A stretch of 64,000 bases of DNA, taken from positions 35,322-99,321 of the forward strand of contig JAMOVT010000070.1 in assembly GCA_027061855.1 (NCBI GenBank), written 5' to 3'. Numbering within the stretch: the first letter of the stretch is position 1; each line of letters starts with the position of its first letter. Source of the DNA: Flavobacteriales bacterium (GTDB lineage Bacteria; Bacteroidota; Bacteroidia; Flavobacteriales; Flavobacteriaceae). Below are positions 45,444 to 54,818 of the stretch, one piece after another. The notes under the pieces were generated by a model. It was not told the origin of the DNA, made no database searches, and saw only the letters and a list, made by a program, of their open reading frames with translations. Made by a program: the position numbers and the translations under genes.

Positions 45444-47360
45444 TTATTTCAATCTTATTTTTTCAATCTCTTCAAAGGTTTCGGGATTGATTACTTCCAA
45501 ATCGATATGTTGCGATTCAATAGTGAAAAGCATCAAAGCATAAAGTGTAGAAAACTTTTTAACGGAGGAAGTCCAAGGTAATTTTTCCAATGAGTAGTAA
45601 GGAGCTCCGGCACTACCGTTGGTAATTTGAATAAAGGGTCTTTTGAGTTTTATTCTTTTTCCTGTCCAATTGTCAGGATAAATATTTGTCTTATTATCTA
45701 CAATCAAACGGCTGTAATTATGTTCATCCCCGGCAAGTAAAACGACAAATTTCTCACTTTGGTTGACCAATATATCCAAAATTTGATCCCTTCTTTCGAT
45801 TATCCCTTTCTCTACTGGTTTACCGGCAACATAAGGGCGAATTTCATTATTTCCATGATACCACATGTCATCTCCTGAATGGCCTGCATTCGGAAAAAGC
45901 GGGGTATGTATCGTTACAATAATATGATCAATATCTGCATCTTTTTCATATTTATCAATAGTCTTTTTCAGCCATTTCAATTGGTTATCCATTACATAAC
46001 CGTGCACATTACCTGAAGTAACCGGTATATCATTTGTTGAGGAAGCATACCAATAATTGGAATTAAGTACAATCATAGCCAAATTACCATAAGTATAATC
46101 ATAAACCAATTCTTTATAAGACGGAAAATCCTGACTTCGTTTTGAAGGATCGTAAATACTGCCGTCTTCAGAGATCAAATCACTAATGGGGTGTGTAAAA
46201 TTCGAAGCGAATAAAGCTTCCTGACTTTCGGTTTTAAAAGGAAAACGATCGACAAAAATATGGCCGTTAAAAAAACTATGACCTTTATAACCTGTACGTT
46301 TAAAAATTCTTTCTACATTCTCATGATTTCCGGTTCCTACATATACCGGATGGTAGTACCAGTAATCCTGCACACTGTGCTTCCAATTGAGATATTGTAA
46401 GTTTATTTCATCCGGACTACCGGAATATCCATTGATCATATCACCGGTAAACTGGAAGAAAGAGGCATTACGGGCAGAAGCCAAATGAAACATTTTTTTA
46501 ACCACAAAAGCATTTACTCCGTATAAATTTCTTTCTCCGCCACCTTGTCCGGCTCGACTATCGGAAGCATAGGCAAAAGTAAAAGGAGATCTGCAACCTT
46601 TTTTTTGAGCTGTTTTAAAAGAATAAGTTTCTTTCCAGTCTCCGTAGAGTACATCATAAGTATATTGCGTTCCCGGTTTTAACTGCGAAACCAAAATCTC
46701 ATGATTTTTTGTAGGAACAATATCGGTATAAAAATCTTCCCCTATATTTATTTGTGAAATTTCGGGTTCACTCGTTTTGAAAGATATCACGGCACTGGTA
46801 TCTGTTAATCTATTGACAAAAGGACCTTCAATTAAAGTAATATCCGGTTGAAAACGCCCTTTCCCATCTATCTTAACATTGATTTCTCCATCATAAATAA
46901 TTTCTCCTTTTTCATTAATATAACGATATCCTAATATAAGTTTCTTTTTGGTTTCCCAATCTACAAAATCATATTTCCCTTTTAATTGGTTAATTCGGAT
47001 TTTTGCTTTACCGTCTTTGACCTTGGAAGTTCGTTTGAAAAAAACAGGTTGAGGATATTTCACTCCCTCTATTTTTACCAAGCCATAAACAAGTTTTCCT
47101 TGTATGGCCGGGTCGTTAAAGTCAAAAGAAATACCTTCTTTGTCTCCTTTGACATCCGCTTCTACAATTTTTGTATATGTATAAAGTGGGTTTACTTTTA
47201 CTTCGGGATTAAACACTTTATTTATCTTGACCCCCAATACTCCATTTTGATATTCAATATTTGAATAAACCTTAGGGATTTTTACTTTTTGCGCATTGAT
47301 AATCAGTCCTATGGAAAAAAATAGCAGACTAAAAAAGAAAGTTTGTTTTTGTATTTTCAT
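45444..47360 (-). CDS. Secreted calcineurin-like metallophosphoesterase with purple-acid-phosphatase-like N-terminal domains
   Basis: 638 aa. Signal peptide. FN3/PAP-N-like segment (SAVISFKTSEPE...LKPGTQYTY). Metallophosphoesterase motifs ASDSR, GDMINGY, GTGNHE, LAGDEHNY. Confidence 0.8.
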   Translation of the reverse strand: MKIQKQTFFFSLLFFSIGLIINAQKVKIPKVYSNIEYQNGVLGVKINKVFNPEVKVNPLYTYTKIVEADVKGDKEGISFDFNDPAIQGKLVYGLVKIEGVKYPQPVFFKRTSKVKDGKAKIRINQLKGKYDFVDWETKKKLILGYRYINEKGEIIYDGEINVKIDGKGRFQPDITLIEGPFVNRLTDTSAVISFKTSEPEISQINIGEDFYTDIVPTKNHEILVSQLKPGTQYTYDVLYGDWKETYSFKTAQKKGCRSPFTFAYASDSRAGQGGGERNLYGVNAFVVKKMFHLASARNASFFQFTGDMINGYSGSPDEINLQYLNWKHSVQDYWYYHPVYVGTGNHENVERIFKRTGYKGHSFFNGHIFVDRFPFKTESQEALFASNFTHPISDLISEDGSIYDPSKRSQDFPSYKELVYDYTYGNLAMIVLNSNYWYASSTNDIPVTSGNVHGYVMDNQLKWLKKTIDKYEKDADIDHIIVTIHTPLFPNAGHSGDDMWYHGNNEIRPYVAGKPVEKGIIERRDQILDILVNQSEKFVVLLAGDEHNYSRLIVDNKTNIYPDNWTGKRIKLKRPFIQITNGSAGAPYYSLEKLPWTSSVKKFSTLYALMLFTIESQHIDLEVINPETFEEIEKIRLK

Positions 47361-47401
47361 TGTATTAATATTTAAAATAAGTCAATTATATTTTATTTAT
47401 T

Positions 47402-47409
47402 CAAAAATA
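47402..47409 (-). promoter_or_regulatory. Candidate -7 box (TATTTTTG on minus strand) for the metallophosphoesterase gene
   Basis: Plus-strand caaaaata, about 42 nt upstream of the ATG at 47360. Confidence 0.35.
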
Positions 47410-47448
47410 AGCATTAATTTCGTTAATTGAATTATAAAAGATAAAATT

Positions 47449-47652
47449 ATGACCGGTTATATTCTTCCATTAGGCGCCTTTGGCCCGCAACAATTGATTT
47501 TAATAGTGATTATTGTTCTTTTGTTGTTTGGGGGCAAAAAGATACCTGAACTCATGAGCGGTTTGGGAAAAGGAATCAAAGAATTTAAAAAAGCAACTTC
47601 AGAAGATGAGGTTACCACTGAAAAAAAAGACGAAGAAAAAAAGGAAGTGTAA
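47449..47652 (+). CDS. tatA: Twin-arginine translocase subunit TatA/E
   Basis: 67 aa. Single TM then amphipathic helix: [34 protein letters not shown]. Confidence 0.88.
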   Translation: MTGYILPLGAFGPQQLILIVIIVLLLFGGKKIPELMSGLGKGIKEFKKATSEDEVTTEKKDEEKKEV

Positions 47653-47666
47653 ACTTCCTTTTTTTC
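47641..47666 (+). terminator. Rho-independent terminator overlapping the tatA stop
   Basis: AAGGAAGTgtaaACTTCCTTtttttc: an 8-bp stem with the stop codon in the loop, followed by a T-run. Confidence 0.7.
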
Positions 47667-47675
47667 TTTGGAAAT

Positions 47676-48650
47676 TTATTGATCTTTCAGTTTCATTGTT
47701 TTTAAAATGGCTTCGAGTTGTACCATATAATCTCTTTTATCCAATGCCGGAGCATAAATAAATCCTTCCCCTACTACTACTCTATTGTGTTTTTTATCAA
47801 TTAAACTGTAATTGATATAAGGTCCACCCATAAAATCGTTTTTCATATTCCATAAGCCTCTTGTTTCAATAGCTTTAATATCATTAATCAATATTTCATT
47901 TTGGGAAGGAGAAATACCTTCAACGGTTTTCATATAGGTGGAATCCACAGGTCCGGGAATATAATTTTTCCCAATAGAATCTCTATATTTGGTTACCAGA
48001 GTTTTTTGCTCATTAAAATTTTGCTTTAAAGGTACTTCATATAATAAGATATCTTGTTCACCATTTTTCACATCTCTTCTAAACCAGAAAAATTTAGGTT
48101 TATGATCCACCAGAACAAAAAAATCGGGTATCTCTATACTTATTCCCAGTTCTTTTTCAATATCGGAATTGTCTCTCAAAGATTTTCGATGTCTTTTTTG
48201 AATGATCTCTATTTCAAAATTATAAATGGTATCGGTAATTTCAGGAGCTTTTTCGGCTATAAGTTTCTCCAATTCTTTTTTATTTTTCCCCTCTATAATA
48301 ATAATTAATTGAGGTTTGGCATATTTATCCTTGATAATCTCCACTTTGTTTTCATTCCCTTCCTTTACAATCATTATTGTACGGTATTTTTTAAAGGAGC
48401 CTGTAAATAAATCGGGGGAAGCATGATGCAAAGTAAACATAGGTTCTTCTTGAGGTAGATCGGGGAATTCCGTAGCAAAATATTTACGGATGGTATCACC
48501 CAATTCTGTTTTCCAATCCTTATCATTCATGATCAAAAGGATATTGTTTGTCTTCCCGTTAGAGGGAGGCAATAAATTGGTTTTATCTTCTTTGCAAGAA
48601 AGCAAACTTATCATTGCAAAGAGGAAAAGAAAAATATTTTTTTTCATCAT
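47676..48650 (-). CDS. Hypothetical lipoprotein (DUF4837-like)
   Basis: 324 aa. Lipobox LLSC. The family name is from memory only. Confidence 0.55.
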   Translation of the reverse strand: MMKKNIFLFLFAMISLLSCKEDKTNLLPPSNGKTNNILLIMNDKDWKTELGDTIRKYFATEFPDLPQEEPMFTLHHASPDLFTGSFKKYRTIMIVKEGNENKVEIIKDKYAKPQLIIIIEGKNKKELEKLIAEKAPEITDTIYNFEIEIIQKRHRKSLRDNSDIEKELGISIEIPDFFVLVDHKPKFFWFRRDVKNGEQDILLYEVPLKQNFNEQKTLVTKYRDSIGKNYIPGPVDSTYMKTVEGISPSQNEILINDIKAIETRGLWNMKNDFMGGPYINYSLIDKKHNRVVVGEGFIYAPALDKRDYMVQLEAILKTMKLKDQ

Positions 48651-48700
48651 TGTATTTTTTTTAGAAAGATTCTATCAAAAACTATTCCTTAGGGAATTTC

Positions 48701-50290
48701 TCAGCTTTTTAATATCTTTAATGTCATTCCCGGTTTTAATTTGTCAGAACTTTTTAATTTATTCCATTTTTTAATATCCGTAACACTGGTTCTGTATCGA
48801 CGGGAAATATTCCAAAGCGTATCTCCCGGTTTTACTTTGTAATAAATAAAAGATTTTTTTGAGGAAGAAACGCTTTTCTTCTTCGGGCTTCTTTTGGATG
48901 AAACGGCAATAGCATATCTGGAATAAATTTTCAGTCTTTGTCCCACTCGTAAACGGTTACTTCTCAAACGATTCCATCTTTTTATTTTTGAAACACTTAC
49001 ATGGTATTTACGGGCAATTTTTCCTAAATAATCTCCCGGACGCACTCGATATACAATATAATTATTGAATTTATAAAATTTGGGCAAAGGTTTTTCTCTT
49101 CTGTTGAGTTCTTTTTGCACATATTCATAAATAACAGGTTCATTGGAGACAAAAACTCCTACCAATTCCACCGGCAATTTTAAAGTATAGTTTTTGTCTT
49201 CCACATAGGGAATAATATTTAATTTATATTGTGGATTTAAAAATTCCAATTCATCCGAATTTATATGTAAGAGTTTGGAAATTTGATCGAAACTGATGGT
49301 TTTTTTGATACGAATTGTATCTGTGGCAATATAATGGAATTTATTTTTCAAATTAGTATCAATGCCATATTCATCTGCATATTCCGCCAGGAACCAAGTA
49401 GCCTGAAAAAGAGGAACATAACCCGCTGTTTCACGAGGTAAATAGGGCCGGATATTCCAATAATTTTTATATCCTCCCGATCTCCGAATAGCCTTGGTTA
49501 CATTTCCTGCTCCCGAATTATAGGCTGCTAAAACCAAGTTCCAATCTTTAAACACTTTGTATAAATCTTGCATATGACGGCAAGCCGCTTCGGTGGATTG
49601 AAGAGGGTCAAACCGTTCATCCACATAGGAATTTATTTCCAGACCGTACATTTTTCCGGTTGAATACATAAATTGCCATAAACCTCCGGCTCCTGCACGA
49701 GAGACAGCACGTGGATTTAAAGCGGATTCAACAATGGCCAAATATTTCATCTCCAAAGGAATATCGTATTTGGCTAGTTTTTCTTCAAAAATGGGAAAAT
49801 AATATTCTCCCATTTTAAATAACCTTCCCAAACTGCTTTTTCTTTTTTTGATGAAAGCTTGTATGGTTCTGGCGAGTGCCGGATGATAAACAATATCCAA
49901 TTGTGTTTTTTGATTGAGTTTGGCCAATTGTTTTTTCAATAAAAGAGTATCCAACTCCAAAACTCCATTTTCTTTTTCCAAACTATCGGTAAGAGAAGAA
50001 ATACTATCAAAAAGGACAGGCTGATATAATTTTTTATACCATAAGCTGTCCATTCGCTTGGCTTCTGCCAGATCTTTCAAACCTTGTTTGATAATATCTT
50101 CGGGATCTTTATTTTGAGTAGCAAGGCTATCCTTGGTTTTCTGTTGATCAAAATTTGTATTGGTATAAGCCTGAGTAGTCTTAACCGTATCGGCTTCGAC
50201 TATTCTGCTGTTTTTTGTTTTCTTAACGGGTTCTTGTGCATGTATTAAAAAATTGCTCAATAAAAAACCTACCCAAAATAATTTCTTCAT
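48701..50290 (-). CDS. Lytic murein transglycosylase (MltD-like; SLT domain + two LysM)
   Basis: 529 aa. SLT catalytic region LAIVESALNPRAVSRAGAGGLWQFM. Two LysM repeats (YRVRPGDYLGKIARKYHVSVSKIKRWN and YKVKPGDTLWNISRRYRTSVTDIKKWN). Confidence 0.88.
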   Translation of the reverse strand: MKKLFWVGFLLSNFLIHAQEPVKKTKNSRIVEADTVKTTQAYTNTNFDQQKTKDSLATQNKDPEDIIKQGLKDLAEAKRMDSLWYKKLYQPVLFDSISSLTDSLEKENGVLELDTLLLKKQLAKLNQKTQLDIVYHPALARTIQAFIKKRKSSLGRLFKMGEYYFPIFEEKLAKYDIPLEMKYLAIVESALNPRAVSRAGAGGLWQFMYSTGKMYGLEINSYVDERFDPLQSTEAACRHMQDLYKVFKDWNLVLAAYNSGAGNVTKAIRRSGGYKNYWNIRPYLPRETAGYVPLFQATWFLAEYADEYGIDTNLKNKFHYIATDTIRIKKTISFDQISKLLHINSDELEFLNPQYKLNIIPYVEDKNYTLKLPVELVGVFVSNEPVIYEYVQKELNRREKPLPKFYKFNNYIVYRVRPGDYLGKIARKYHVSVSKIKRWNRLRSNRLRVGQRLKIYSRYAIAVSSKRSPKKKSVSSSKKSFIYYKVKPGDTLWNISRRYRTSVTDIKKWNKLKSSDKLKPGMTLKILKS

Positions 50291-50299
50291 ATATATTAA

Positions 50300-51490
50300 T
50301 TATGATTGCAAAGCTTTAAGACCCGGCAATTCTTTTCCGGCTAACATATCAAGGAGTACACCTCCACCGGTAGAAATATAGCTAATTTTATCTTCCAAAC
50401 CTAATTTTTGTACGGCCGCTACCGAATCTCCTCCTCCTACTAAGGAATAAGCTCCGTTTTGAGTAGCTTCTCCGATTGCCTCACCGATTTTTTCCGTCCC
50501 ATTGGCAAATTTATCAAATTCAAAAACTCCTGCCGGGCCATTCCAAATAATGGTTTTTGAATTTTTTATAATCTCTCTGATTTTATTAATCGTTTCAGGA
50601 CCTATATCCAAACCTTGCCAACCTTGTGGAATTTCATTTGCTTTCACAATTTTTGTATGAGCATCATTGGAAAAAGAATCGGCAATTACAAAATCAACGG
50701 GAAGAATAAGGTTTACGCCTTTTTTCTTTGCTTCTTCCATGATTTTTTTGGCTACTTCAATCTTATCATCTTCAACGATAGAATCTCCAATATTATTGCC
50801 CAAAGCTTTTAAAAATGTATAGGCCATTCCTCCTACTATTATCAGGTTATCTACTTTGTTTAAAAGGTTTTCTATTACTCCTATTTTACTGGAAACTTTT
50901 GCACCACCTATAATGGCAGTTATAGGATGCTCCCCGTAATCCAAGGCTTTTTGTATGCTTTTCACTTCCTGTTCCATTAATTTACCCACTGCCTTATGGT
51001 CTTTATCAAAATAACGGGCCACAATAGCCGTAGAAGCATGGGCTCTATGTGCTGTTCCAAAAGCATCGTTGATATAATAATCACCGTTTTTTGCCAATTC
51101 TTTGGCAAAAGTTTCATCTCCTTTGGTTTCTTCGGGATAAAATCTTAAATTTTCCAACAGAAGAATTTCACCGGGTTTCAAATCTTTTACCGCCTTTTCC
51201 ACTTCACTTCCTATACTATCGGGAACAAATTTTACAGGTTTTCCCAACACTTTTTCAATTTCGGGAACAATATATTTTAAAGAATATTTTTCTTCTTTTC
51301 CTTTGGGACGTCCACGGTGGCTCATCAAAACCACGGAACCTCCTTTTTTTAAAACGGCATCAATTGTGGGTTTTGCAGCTTTGATTCTTGTATTGTCCGT
51401 TACTTCAAATTGTTCATTTACAGGCACATTAAAATCTACCCGCACAAGGGCTTTTTTATTTTTTAAATCCAATTGGTCTACATTTTTCAT
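50300..51490 (-). CDS. pgk: Phosphoglycerate kinase
   Basis: 396 aa. ALVRVDFNVP, MSHRGRPKG, and C-terminal STGGGVLLDMLAGKELPG. Confidence 0.95.
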   Translation of the reverse strand: MKNVDQLDLKNKKALVRVDFNVPVNEQFEVTDNTRIKAAKPTIDAVLKKGGSVVLMSHRGRPKGKEEKYSLKYIVPEIEKVLGKPVKFVPDSIGSEVEKAVKDLKPGEILLLENLRFYPEETKGDETFAKELAKNGDYYINDAFGTAHRAHASTAIVARYFDKDHKAVGKLMEQEVKSIQKALDYGEHPITAIIGGAKVSSKIGVIENLLNKVDNLIIVGGMAYTFLKALGNNIGDSIVEDDKIEVAKKIMEEAKKKGVNLILPVDFVIADSFSNDAHTKIVKANEIPQGWQGLDIGPETINKIREIIKNSKTIIWNGPAGVFEFDKFANGTEKIGEAIGEATQNGAYSLVGGGDSVAAVQKLGLEDKISYISTGGGVLLDMLAGKELPGLKALQS

Positions 51491-51510
51491 AACTATTCAT
51501 TTTAACTAAA

Positions 51511-51518
51511 CAAAAATA
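51511..51518 (-). promoter_or_regulatory. Candidate -7 box (TATTTTTG on minus strand) for pgk
   Basis: Plus-strand caaaaata, 21 nt upstream of the ATG at 51490. Confidence 0.45.
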
Positions 51519-51590
51519 CAATTTTCCACTGAATATTAAAGTGAGAATATTTGCAAAACAAAGGAAATTAAACTTATCTTAAGTTTTCAT

Positions 51591-51620
51591 AAAAAAAGCC
51601 TGCAATCATAGATGCAGGCT
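51591..51620 (-). terminator. Rho-independent terminator after the ppiD-like gene
   Basis: Plus strand aaaaaaaGCCTGCAatcatagaTGCAGGCt. On the minus strand the stem is followed by a 7-nt U-run. Confidence 0.8.
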
Positions 51621-51647
51621 TGTGTAAAATAGTATGAAAGAATCGAT

Positions 51648-53777
51648 CTAATAAATCAAACTTCTCTTATCTTCAACATCATTTGTTTTTTTCAAAGCTT
51701 CCAAAACCTTTGCATTCAAACCTAAATTTTCTTTTTTCTTGATTTGCTCAACATAAGGAAGATAGTTTTTTATATCCTCAGCTTCCGTTACCTTAATGGT
51801 TTTTACTACATATACCGCTCTGTTGCCGTCAATAGGCTCAGATAATTTTGAGGGTTCCATTACAAAAGCAATGGCTACTACTTTTGGCTCACGTCCATAG
51901 CCAGGAATAATGGGATTTTTTAAGGTAACTCCTGTTGCTTTTCCTACTCTTCCGCCGGCATTTTTTGCAATTTCTTCAAGAGAATTTCCTTTCATTTTTT
52001 CTTTGATGATTTCGGCTTTTTTCTCTTTTAATAAAATAGGTTTAACCAAAGCCGAGGCTTCTTCCGGAGACATTAGTCCTTCATCATGTATTCCGGTCAA
52101 TTTCACAATTACGTGTCCTTTATTTAAGTCTACTTTGGTCACATCCCCTATTTTGGTATCTTTATTATACATCCATTTGACGATTTCACGGTTGATGCCT
52201 ATACCGGGGATATTGTCCTCATATCTGCCCAATCTTCTTACGGGTTTAACTACATAACCGTTTTCTTTGGCAAAGGCAGCAAAATCATCGGTTTTCATGG
52301 CTTGAGAAGTCAATTTTGATGCTTTGGCATAAATTTGATCTTCTGTTTTCATTGAAGGTTCGACATTTTTGGCTATGGTAACGAGTTTAACGGCTTTTTT
52401 AGGGGCAGTCAAATCATCGATTTTGACGATATGATAACCGAAATCTGTTTTTACAAGTCCTATTTGTCCTTTTTTACCTTGGAAAACAAAATCATTGAAT
52501 TCTGGAACCATCTGTCCATATCTGAACCATCCGAGATCTCCTCCTTTGGTTTTTGTAGGTCCATCTGAAAATTGTTTTGCATAGTCGGCAAATTTAGCCG
52601 GATTTCTTTTTACTACTTTTAATAAACTATCGGCCTTTTTCTTGGCTTGTTCTTGAGTAATATTTATAGCGGGATTTGCGCGTAAAGCTCCTTTATAGGC
52701 AATTAGAATATGAGCTGCCTTGGCAGAATCAGGGACTTGGATGACATCTTCGGCTCTTGAAAGATAGATTCTGTTTCCTACTTCATAAGGTCCGTAAATA
52801 TCTCCTTTTTTCAAGTTTATTAAAGTGTCTGCATATTCCTTAGGTAATTCATCTTTAAAATAGTATTTAGCCGGTATATTTACATCAGAAAATTTAGCAG
52901 CAAATTCTTCCGGATTGTCTGTATTTTTAAATCCTTTTCTGATTTTGGTTCCTTTGGTTTCTTGGTCAAACACCTCTTTGTCATTGATAAGAGCAGTGAG
53001 ATCCTTTTTGATGGCTTCTTTATCTTTGGCAGAAGGCTCAATCGGAATAAAAATATATTCCATATCACGGCTTTCATCCACTTTAAATTCCTTATCATGT
53101 TTTTTGATATAGTTTGCTATATCTTGTTTTGAAACGGAAACCAAAGAATCCGGAACAGTAGTATAAGGAACAGCGGCATAATCAAAGTCCACTGCATCAT
53201 TTTCGTTATGATAAAGCCATTCTCCTTCTTTCAAGGTCGGATTGATGGAGGCTTTAATCATATTCATATATATTTTTTCTTTTTCTTGCTCTATCAAAGA
53301 ATTCTCAAAATTCTTCCATTGTTCGTACATTTCAGGATTTCGATCCTTATTGTCTTCGATATTTTGAATATAATCCAAAAGGGCATTTTCATCAAAAACA
53401 CCTTGTTGATTGGTAAAAGCTTGTTTAATACTAGGATTATTCACAATTAATTCTCTCAAACGGTCCTTTCCTACTTTGATTCCCAATTCATCAAATTGAT
53501 TATTCAAAACAGCCTCTTTAATCATTTGATCCCATACCATATTCATGGCTTGCATATTGCTGAGGTTCTTGTTTTGTTTTTGTAGTAAAGCCACTCTTTT
53601 TTGAAATTCTTGTGTAGGGATTTTACGATCCCCTACTTCTGCGATGGTGGTATTACTTCCTTTTCCTATTGAAGATGAATTCTTTATTAATCCTTGAATT
53701 ACAAAAGCAAAAAGTGCTAAAGCAATAATTCCGATTAATACTCCTGAACGTCTCTGAATTTGTCCTAAAATTGCCAT
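51648..53777 (-). CDS. Periplasmic chaperone / peptidyl-prolyl isomerase PpiD-like (SurA-N + parvulin)
   Basis: 709 aa. N-terminal TM anchor (GVLIGIIALALFAFVI). Parvulin domain (AAHILIAY...GGDLGWFRYGQMVPEFNDFVF...FGYHIVKI). Confidence 0.88.
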   Translation of the reverse strand: MAILGQIQRRSGVLIGIIALALFAFVIQGLIKNSSSIGKGSNTTIAEVGDRKIPTQEFQKRVALLQKQNKNLSNMQAMNMVWDQMIKEAVLNNQFDELGIKVGKDRLRELIVNNPSIKQAFTNQQGVFDENALLDYIQNIEDNKDRNPEMYEQWKNFENSLIEQEKEKIYMNMIKASINPTLKEGEWLYHNENDAVDFDYAAVPYTTVPDSLVSVSKQDIANYIKKHDKEFKVDESRDMEYIFIPIEPSAKDKEAIKKDLTALINDKEVFDQETKGTKIRKGFKNTDNPEEFAAKFSDVNIPAKYYFKDELPKEYADTLINLKKGDIYGPYEVGNRIYLSRAEDVIQVPDSAKAAHILIAYKGALRANPAINITQEQAKKKADSLLKVVKRNPAKFADYAKQFSDGPTKTKGGDLGWFRYGQMVPEFNDFVFQGKKGQIGLVKTDFGYHIVKIDDLTAPKKAVKLVTIAKNVEPSMKTEDQIYAKASKLTSQAMKTDDFAAFAKENGYVVKPVRRLGRYEDNIPGIGINREIVKWMYNKDTKIGDVTKVDLNKGHVIVKLTGIHDEGLMSPEEASALVKPILLKEKKAEIIKEKMKGNSLEEIAKNAGGRVGKATGVTLKNPIIPGYGREPKVVAIAFVMEPSKLSEPIDGNRAVYVVKTIKVTEAEDIKNYLPYVEQIKKKENLGLNAKVLEALKKTNDVEDKRSLIY

Positions 53778-53834
53778 TTTATCTTGTTTATTTTAATTTC
53801 GATTTAGTTAGTTTGCGAAAATACAAACTATTAT

Positions 53835-53882
53835 GAAAAAAAGAAAACTTTTGACCCGATTTTTTGAATCAAAAGTTTTCTT
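53835..53882 (-). terminator. Rho-independent terminator ending the adhesin-sprF operon
   Basis: Perfect 14-bp inverted repeat AAGAAAACTTTTGA...TCAAAAGTTTTCTT (53841-53854 / 53869-53882). On the minus strand it is followed by a U-run. Confidence 0.8.
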
Positions 53883-53912
53883 AAAAGAAAAATTCTTCTA
53901 TTTTGAATATAG

Positions 53913-54815
53913 CTAGAAAAACTTTGCGGGTCTACATCTTTCATATTTAGAGAAATCATACCGGAACATAATTTCATGAGATCCCCAACTGTCATGCCGT
54001 AATTCCGATAAAGTATAATCATACGAATAGCCTACTGAAAACTGTCGTGTAAGGAAAAGCTGAAAGAATAATGTGAGCGCATCTTGATATCTGTAACCTA
54101 CCCCAAAACCCCATCTTTCATAATAAATATTAGTAGATAAATCAATGGAAAAAGGAGCATTCTGGGTATATCGAAGCATAAAAGCAGGTTTTATTTTTAT
54201 AATTTCATCCAAGTCAAAAATATATCCCCCCATCAAATAATAATCCCTTACTAATTTTGCACGACCAATAACATTCGGATCCAATTTGGGCTCTAACAAA
54301 CGCGGAGCGGATAATCCGATATATCCGTCATAGGAGTAATAATATATTCCTACTCCCACATTCGGATAGAATTGATTGTCCAAAGCATATATTTGTGGAT
54401 CTCCGGGATCATAGGCATCTTTTTTAGTCAAATCCATATTCATCAAACTGAAACCGGCACTAATTCCGAAACTTAAACGCGAATCGAAAGTCACATCAAT
54501 TTGGTAAGAATAATTGATTGTTGCTATGGTTTGCTCCACAGGACCTATCACATCTTGTGTCAGTGTTAATCCCAAACCCATATTTTCAAAAATGGGTCCA
54601 TGTAAAGATAAGGTGGCCGTATTGGGAGAATCTTCTACTCCCAGCCATTGCATTCGTCCCATACCTACCAATACAAAACCTTCCTTGGTTCCGGCATACG
54701 CAGAATTTATACGCAAAGGATTGTACATATTCTGACTAAACATAGCCGATTGTTGTGCATTCATTTTTGAGAATGAAAAAGTGATGATTAGTATAAGTAA
54801 AAATATTTTTTTCAT
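53913..54815 (-). CDS. Type IX secretion system membrane protein, PorP/SprF family
   Basis: 300 aa. Signal peptide. N-terminal QQSAMFSQNMYNPLRINSAYAGT matches the PorP/SprF signature. Beta-barrel-like, ends ...CRPAKFF. Starts 3 nt after the giant gene stop. Confidence 0.88.
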   Translation of the reverse strand: MKKIFLLILIITFSFSKMNAQQSAMFSQNMYNPLRINSAYAGTKEGFVLVGMGRMQWLGVEDSPNTATLSLHGPIFENMGLGLTLTQDVIGPVEQTIATINYSYQIDVTFDSRLSFGISAGFSLMNMDLTKKDAYDPGDPQIYALDNQFYPNVGVGIYYYSYDGYIGLSAPRLLEPKLDPNVIGRAKLVRDYYLMGGYIFDLDEIIKIKPAFMLRYTQNAPFSIDLSTNIYYERWGFGVGYRYQDALTLFFQLFLTRQFSVGYSYDYTLSELRHDSWGSHEIMFRYDFSKYERCRPAKFF

Positions 54816-54818
54816 TTT

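Noticed and set aside
51491-51647. The largest intergenic gap, scanned with the other gaps for tRNA, small RNA or riboswitch structures
   Set aside because: The gap is fully explained by a terminator (51591-51620) plus a pgk promoter box (51511-51518). No gap in the window exceeds about 160 nt, and none shows cloverleaf-like or extended conserved structure.
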